Positions 59,601 through 64,000 of a DNA stretch of 64,000 nt are shown one piece after another. Source of the stretch: Alphaproteobacteria bacterium (GTDB lineage Bacteria > Pseudomonadota > Alphaproteobacteria > UBA828); contig CBDCCI010000002.1 in assembly GCA_965214705.1 (NCBI GenBank), positions 2,368,001 to 2,432,000 on the forward strand. The letters run 5' to 3'. Position 1 is the first letter of the stretch, and every line of letters starts with the position of its first letter. Under the pieces are notes generated by a model. It worked only from the letters and a program-made list of their open reading frames with translations, had not been told where the DNA came from and ran no database searches. The translations under genes were made by a program, and so were the position numbers.

Positions 59601-60043
59601 GTGTGAACCGTGCCGTTGTTGCTGTAGGACAGCCGCTCGTCTTCGACCGCATTCACCCGCGCATGGGTGAAGAAATCCACATCCGCCTCCTTCTCGACGG
59701 CTTCCCGCAGTGTCGAGACGAGCAAGGCGTGTTCGCAAGCCAGACCCTGCGAGCCATTCGTGTAGGGAAGGACGATCGGCTCCGAGCCGTCTTCCGGGAA
59801 CACCACGAAACCCCTGCCCGTGGCGCTGCGGGGCAGGGTGTCGAGCCCGATCCCGATGTCCTGCAGTATCTGTACCCCAGGTGGATGCAGCCATTCGCCC
59901 GCCAGGCGCTCTGACCCCTTGGGATTCGCTTCGAGCAGAACCACCCGGGCGCCCTTCCGCGCGTGAGCGAGCGCGCACAGGCTCCCGACCGGCCCCGCGC
60001 CGACAATGGCCACGTCGTAACGCCGCGACGCGGCGCCGCTCAT
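56630..60043 (-). CDS. Squalene epoxidase-oxidosqualene cyclase fusion (1137 aa)
   Basis: N-half: IVGAGPVG, RLAGEWLHPPG, GDAAGHYHPMTAVGMT. C-half: PSWGKFWLALL, WYCHTR, HGWPVSDCTAEA, YVECTAS, QW repeats. One uninterrupted frame. Confidence 0.9.
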   Translation of the reverse strand: MSGAASRRYDVAIVGAGPVGSLCALAHARKGARVVLLEANPKGSERLAGEWLHPPGVQILQDIGIGLDTLPRSATGRGFVVFPEDGSEPIVLPYTNGSQGLACEHALLVSTLREAVEKEADVDFFTHARVNAVEDERLSYSNNGTVHTLDAARIVGADGRASIVRQSLGLSTDPMLCSRMLGITVSDVSLPFEGHGHVLLGGPGPILAYGLAKGCVRIIVDVPLDRWTRQDRIGFLTESHAVLLPEALRPGFVEAVRAGQFHVAANQLRPRVTYGTPRRVLIGDAAGHYHPMTAVGMTLGFGDALALAESGSFREFAAGRFRATQVPELLAMGLYEVFADHRAEAVAMRHAVYRGLRTNSYYRDRTTRILACEDRSALEMGLAFFATAARAAAVEIPLSLRRFAPRRGLKIFGALTVRLLWLLRWALQLRQSRRQGGRNDERALDSLARALLHSMPPRPHASGSGRPKDSEAPDAGPALGSTTAHLLSLQGEDGGWEGEMVWCPMLTAQYVLLHHIIGRPLEPGRRRRVLRSFERTRLEAGSWGLHEHSSPHLFVTALVYVAARLLGVERDDPLVEPARRFIQAEGIVGIPSWGKFWLALLNLYDWRGVNAVLPELWSLPRRLPLHPSNWYCHTRLIYMAMAAIYPHRFQAPVTPAIASLREELYPHGFAEVDFSAARNRLREADLYARPSVWLKVGYKIARVFNRLHGKRLRARCTEAIVRQIRWELQTTSHTSISPVSGLLNMLALWLRDPDDADLRQALAKLDDWIWEDEEEGARVVGARSASWDSGFALQALAAVPAFGGVGDALQRGADFLLGEQIAASFEGFREAYRTDPRGGWCFAGGWHGWPVSDCTAEAVLGLHAAGRGAAHASALRDAVGFMLRCQNRDGGFGSYEARRSAFGLEWMNPAEMFGDSMTEQSYVECTASCLAALAACMEDVPQIANGAVTGAMSRAGAWLRWTQASDGSWRGVWGVQFIYGTLFGVRGLLAARAGPGDPALRSACRWLLERQREDGGWGEHHSGCLTGRYVPHDESQVIQTAWALIALLEAGESNWTAISRGARFLLDAQDADGTWPKQDMAGVFFRTALLDYVLYRQYFPLHALALYEQRRRQRLGLAAHAPCAADTSPPPPEAAAA

Positions 60044-61449
60044 CGGAAGACGCTCGGCTGCGCGCAGCGACGGTAGCGGACCCGGCACGGTCTCTCGGGT
60101 CCCGTCACCCAGCTGCCGTAGTTCGGACGCGGAAACGCGCCGCTGGGAGTGAAGTCGAAACGATCGAGCAGAACGGTCCAGATCGCCTTGAGCTGCATGT
60201 AGGCGAAGTTCTTACCCATGCACGCGTGCTTGCCGCCGCCGAAGCCGATCAGGGCGTAGCGGTGTTGCCTGTCCTCGCTGGCGGGAGGCGCGAAACGGTC
60301 GGGGAAGAAGCGCTCCGGGTCGGCGAATATGTGGGGCAAGCGGTGAGAGACCGCCGGCGACACCATGGCCATGGAGCCGGCGGGCACGACACGGCCTCCG
60401 TAGCGCAGGGGTTCGAGCACCTTGCGGATCAGCAATATCAGCGGCGGGTGCAGCCGCTCGCACTCGCGGACGGCATTCTCCAGAGCCGGCTGGCGCTGGA
60501 GACTGTCGATGCTCATGCTCCCCGCTTCGCGATAGACGTCCTGCACCTCGTCTCTTACCCGCGCCAGGTACGCCGGCGCCCGGAGCAGCTCCAGACCGGT
60601 CCAGGTCGCGAGCACCGCACTGGTGTGCTGGCCCGCGAACAGCACCGTCAGCAGGATCCCCGTGATCTCGTCGTCGCTCAGGGCGCGGCCGCTCTTGTAG
60701 CGGGCGTTCATGAGCGTCTGCATGAAGTCGTCGGGGCTGGCCCCCGCATTCCGGCGCGCCGCCATGATCCCGCCGAAGAGCTCCGCCACCCGTCGCCGGG
60801 CCCTGTCGCGCTTTCGATGCGACGCAACGGGAAGCCTGGGAAGAAAGAATCCCAGGGTGTTAATGCCCTTCTGCAGGTCGTGGTAGGTCTCGGCAAAGCC
60901 GGTATCCACCCGATCGCGGACTTCCTGTCCGATCAGGCAGCGGCTGGCGATCTTGACCGTGAGCTCGTTCATCGCGTGCGGCAGATCGATTTCCCCATCC
61001 TCGCCCAGGGCGTCGGCGAACTGCCGCGCCTCATCGAACATGACGAGGGCGAACCTGCGCATTGCCGCCTCACGGAGCGCTGGAAAGAGAAAGCCCAGCT
61101 GCTCCGCCATGATGTCGGGGGAGGTGTCGTAGGCCACGCCGCGCCCGAAGATGGGCACGGTGAAGCGGTAGACGGCCTTGGCGTTCAACTGCTCCTCGGG
61201 CGTCCTGAAATAGAAGTCGTGGGCTTGGGGACCGGAGAAGAGAACGAAAGCGCGGGTACCGAGCCGGAAGCGGAAGAGCTCACCGTGCTCGCGCCAGCCG
61301 CGGCTCAACATGGCGACCGGATCTCTCTGGAACTCCGGCAAATGGCCGATCAGCGGCCAGCGGCCCGCAAGCTCGGGAAGGGGCTCGTCTGCCCGCGGCG
61401 GCAGATTCGCCGTAGGCAGGGTCGCCATGCTGTCGGTTCGGTTGGCCAT
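60040..61449 (-). CDS. cyp51: Cytochrome P450, sterol 14-alpha-demethylase type
   Basis: YRFTVPIFGRGVAYD, FAGQHTS, ExxR (ECERLHPP), FGGGKHACMG heme motif. Confidence 0.9.
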   Translation of the reverse strand: MANRTDSMATLPTANLPPRADEPLPELAGRWPLIGHLPEFQRDPVAMLSRGWREHGELFRFRLGTRAFVLFSGPQAHDFYFRTPEEQLNAKAVYRFTVPIFGRGVAYDTSPDIMAEQLGFLFPALREAAMRRFALVMFDEARQFADALGEDGEIDLPHAMNELTVKIASRCLIGQEVRDRVDTGFAETYHDLQKGINTLGFFLPRLPVASHRKRDRARRRVAELFGGIMAARRNAGASPDDFMQTLMNARYKSGRALSDDEITGILLTVLFAGQHTSAVLATWTGLELLRAPAYLARVRDEVQDVYREAGSMSIDSLQRQPALENAVRECERLHPPLILLIRKVLEPLRYGGRVVPAGSMAMVSPAVSHRLPHIFADPERFFPDRFAPPASEDRQHRYALIGFGGGKHACMGKNFAYMQLKAIWTVLLDRFDFTPSGAFPRPNYGSWVTGPERPCRVRYRRCAQPSVFR

Positions 61450-61457
61450 CTCCGCTC

Positions 61458-62558
61458 TCAATGGATGAAGGGCAGCATCGCGAAGCGCGCCCGCTGCGTG
61501 TAGCGCTCCCACAGCTCGCCGTACTTGGCGCGGCAGCGGCGCTCGTCGCGTCTCGAACGGTGCCACAGCAAGCCCGCTAGCCACGCCGGCAACAGGAAGG
61601 GAGCCCAGGACGTAAGCCCGGTGGTCAGGGCGAAGGCGAGGTAGACGCAGATCTCGCCGGTGTAGTTGAGGTGCCGGCCGATGCCCCAGAACCCGGAGAC
61701 CAGGAGGCGCCCGTCCAGGGTACGGGCGGGCTTGCCCCAGATCCTAACGTTGGAATCGCGCTTGAAGCGGTGCTTCTGCTGATTGGACCCGCGGAAGAGC
61801 CAGAAGCCGAAAACGAAGAGCACGACGATCCCGGCGGCGGCGGCCGGAGACAAGGGCTCCGGTGCGTGAACCAGCCACCAGCCGGGGAGACAGTAGAAGA
61901 AGGGCACCAGCACGTAATCGCCCCAGACCAGCATCCATCCGAAGCGCTCGCGGACGATGTCCCAGGTATGGATCATCCCCTGTTCGAACTGGAAGTAGTT
62001 GAGCACGTAGAGGAAGGTGAAGGTCTGGTAGAGCATCATCGCCAGGGTCAGCTCGCCGTAGGTCTCGTACTGCACGGCGGCAAACGATGCGTTGAAGAGC
62101 GCTAGGCCGATGAGGGAGGGGCAGTAGCTGAAGAGCTTGATATCCAGCCCGAGCCAGGATGGAGCGGCGTCCACCCCGTAGAAGAAGTCCCGCCATGATC
62201 TGGGCGATGCATGAGGCTTTCGCACCCCGCGCAGGTAGAGCCAGCCGGAGAGGGCGAACGCGAATCCGTTCGCCACGACGAACAGGGCGAGCAAGTGGGT
62301 ATGCAGCACCGAAAGGGAGAGCACGCCGGAGGCTTGCGCGCCGCACGCCGCAATCATGACGATCAGATAGAGCGCGAGGCCGTTGAGCTTGTAGACGCGC
62401 TCGTTCCCGTCGGCATCCGGGCCCGTGATCCGACGACCCGGCAGCAGCAGCGAAGCCACGAAGAGGAGGGCGATGAACCCCAGCACCATCGCCGCCGCCT
62501 CGAGCAGGGTCTCGCCCGAGAGCGCCGACGAGAGGTTGAGCGCTTCAGGCGGCGGCAT
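61458..62558 (-). CDS. ERG4/ERG24-family sterol reductase (probably Delta14)
   Basis: WDIVRERFGWMLVWGD, FRGSNQQKHRF, LLVSGFWGIGRHLNYTGE, RDERRCRAKYG. Confidence 0.88.
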   Translation of the reverse strand: MPPPEALNLSSALSGETLLEAAAMVLGFIALLFVASLLLPGRRITGPDADGNERVYKLNGLALYLIVMIAACGAQASGVLSLSVLHTHLLALFVVANGFAFALSGWLYLRGVRKPHASPRSWRDFFYGVDAAPSWLGLDIKLFSYCPSLIGLALFNASFAAVQYETYGELTLAMMLYQTFTFLYVLNYFQFEQGMIHTWDIVRERFGWMLVWGDYVLVPFFYCLPGWWLVHAPEPLSPAAAAGIVVLFVFGFWLFRGSNQQKHRFKRDSNVRIWGKPARTLDGRLLVSGFWGIGRHLNYTGEICVYLAFALTTGLTSWAPFLLPAWLAGLLWHRSRRDERRCRAKYGELWERYTQRARFAMLPFIH

Positions 62559-63642
62559 CGCCGCTCTCCGACCCGCGCGCCAGATGTTCCTGCCACTTGC
62601 GCACGGTCACTTTCTGAAAGGCCCTGACCACCGGATTGAACTCGACAGGACGGGCGTCCCAGTGTCTTTCGTATCCCTCCTGCTCCGCCTCCAGCGCGAA
62701 CCGGTCCTGGGTGAGCAGGGGGGCGATGAGCAGGCGATTGGAGACCTTCATGACCGCGGTCATGGCGAAACGGGGAATGCGCACCGGCAGCAGAGGTACT
62801 TTCAGCGACTTGAAATAGAACAGGAAGAACACCCGGCTGGTGCGCTCGTCGACCGGCAGCACGAAGAGCCAGTGCTTTATTGCGTCGTCGGTGTTCGACC
62901 ACTGGTAGGGGTACTCGTAGCAAAGCTCCATGCGGTTGGTGTTGAGCCGCCGATGATCGACGAAGAGGCCCGAGATGCGCCCGCGCCCCACGTGCGTGTC
63001 GTAGGCGAGATGCACGTTGTCGCCGAGGGTCTCGCAGCGGGTGAGGGTGGCCCCGTCGAAGGGCCGGTAGCGGCGGTGCAGGTGTGCGTGGGTGAAGTCG
63101 CTCACATTGTCGATCACCATCGAGTGGTGTGCCGACCAGGTGAAACAGAGCGGCACGCAGGCCCAGCGGCCGGATCCCTCGAGCTCAGGAATGTCCGGAA
63201 TCCGGCGCTCCTCCGCCAGCGCCGGATCTCCCGGGAAGAGCCAGATCAGACCGTAGCGGACCTTCACCGGATAGGTCTTGAGCGCAAGATTCGGAAAGCT
63301 TCGCCCCTCGCGATCATGGGGCACCCCGGCGGGACGCCCCTTCCCGCCATACTCCCAGCCATGGTAGGCGCAGACGAGCCGGCATCCCTGCACGTCGCCC
63401 AGGGAGAGCTTGAGCTGGCGATGCGCGCAGCGATCCTCGACCGCCTGGAAGGTGCCGTCCTTTCCCCGGAAGAGCGCGATGGAACGCTTCCAGAAGACGA
63501 CCTCGATCACCGTCTCCGGCTTGATCCGGCGCAATTCCTCGACCGGATACCAGTAATTCGGGTCCATGCCCGCGGCGCGAGCCTGCTGGCGCAGGTTGCC
63601 GGCGTCCTCGAAGCCGGGCGGCGCGGCGGGCGCCGCCCTCAT
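62545..63642 (-). CDS. Rieske non-heme iron oxygenase, SdmA-like sterol C-4 methyl oxidase candidate
   Basis: CAH..CAYH Rieske ligands, DNVSDFTHAHLH Fe site; operon context. Confidence 0.75.
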   Translation of the reverse strand: MRAAPAAPPGFEDAGNLRQQARAAGMDPNYWYPVEELRRIKPETVIEVVFWKRSIALFRGKDGTFQAVEDRCAHRQLKLSLGDVQGCRLVCAYHGWEYGGKGRPAGVPHDREGRSFPNLALKTYPVKVRYGLIWLFPGDPALAEERRIPDIPELEGSGRWACVPLCFTWSAHHSMVIDNVSDFTHAHLHRRYRPFDGATLTRCETLGDNVHLAYDTHVGRGRISGLFVDHRRLNTNRMELCYEYPYQWSNTDDAIKHWLFVLPVDERTSRVFFLFYFKSLKVPLLPVRIPRFAMTAVMKVSNRLLIAPLLTQDRFALEAEQEGYERHWDARPVEFNPVVRAFQKVTVRKWQEHLARGSESGDAAA

Positions 63643-63960
63643 GGCGCGCTCCCGCCTGCCATCATCCGCATGCCCTGGTCCGGCGCGGGATCACCCTCCT
63701 CACGCGTAACATGCCGACTCGCGGCGTCCTCGCACGGGCGCTTCGCGTGCGGGTTCGCGATCTTGTTGCGGCCGTAGTGGAACGCATAGGCCTCATGAAC
63801 CGCGGCACGGAGGCCGGTCGGCCGATAGCCGAGCTCCCGTTTCGCCTTGGAGATGTCGGCGTGGCGGCACTTTCGCAACAGGCGTATGGCGCCGGGGGTG
63901 AAGCGCTGGGGAAAGCCCGGGTGAACCCGACTCAGATAGAAGCTCGCGATTTCGGCAAAG
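63639..63960 (-). CDS. C-terminal part of an NAD-dependent epimerase/3-beta-HSD-type SDR, SdmB-like candidate (partial)
   Basis: Frame reads FAEIASFYLSRVHPGFPQRFTPGAIRLLRKCRHADISKAKRELGYRPT; ATGA overlap with the Rieske gene; 5' part not visible. Confidence 0.6.
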
Positions 63961-63968
63961 GTTAAGGG

Positions 63969-64000
63969 TTGGGCAGGCTCTCTCTCGAGAGCCTGCCCAA
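63969..64000. repeat. Perfect hairpin at window edge (possible IS end or REP)
   Basis: TTGGGCAGGCTCTC-TCTC-GAGAGCCTGCCCAA, with TTAA at 63962-63965. Confidence 0.6.

Noticed and set aside
1-64000. CRISPR array, tRNA or rRNA genes
   Set aside because: No regularly spaced repeats or RNA-gene signatures seen by eye; a tRNAscan/Infernal run would be needed to exclude them fully

Overview
High-GC bacterial DNA, most likely an alphaproteobacterium (inferred from the dxs/shc/hpn gene style and the REP-like palindrome family). 1-18.6 kb is catabolic: acyl-CoA dehydrogenases, enoyl-CoA hydratase, a sugar-acid module with an ApnL-like lactonase, a GcvPA/PB pair without gcvT/gcvH, PxpA, two aminotransferases and an LLM oxidoreductase. 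18.8-25.7 kb is an MEP/hopanoid block (dxs-shc-hpnG convergent with ispH-hpnH). 26-29 kb holds toxin-antitoxin genes, an IS5 and an IS5-derived MITE. 29.5-47.7 kb is a nitrogen/amide-scavenging region: pxpBCA, amiE, urtABCDE-like, tandem dihydropyrimidinases, and a polar amino-acid ABC transporter split by nested IS elements. 47.8-54.5 kb is mobile-element debris: IS4, IS21, IS630 and IS5 pieces, a carA fragment, and a broken MOB-F relaxase with a candidate oriT. The standout is 54.6-64 kb, an apparent bacterial C24-alkyl sterol biosynthesis cluster. It encodes an EBP/EXPERA isomerase-like protein, a sterol C24-methyltransferase, a single-chain squalene epoxidase-oxidosqualene cyclase fusion with unusual active-site residues, CYP51, an ERG24-like reductase, and an SdmA/SdmB-like Rieske + SDR pair. 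The cluster sits next to conjugative-element remnants and about 30 kb from the hopanoid genes. All calls are from motif recognition by eye; no database searches were run.
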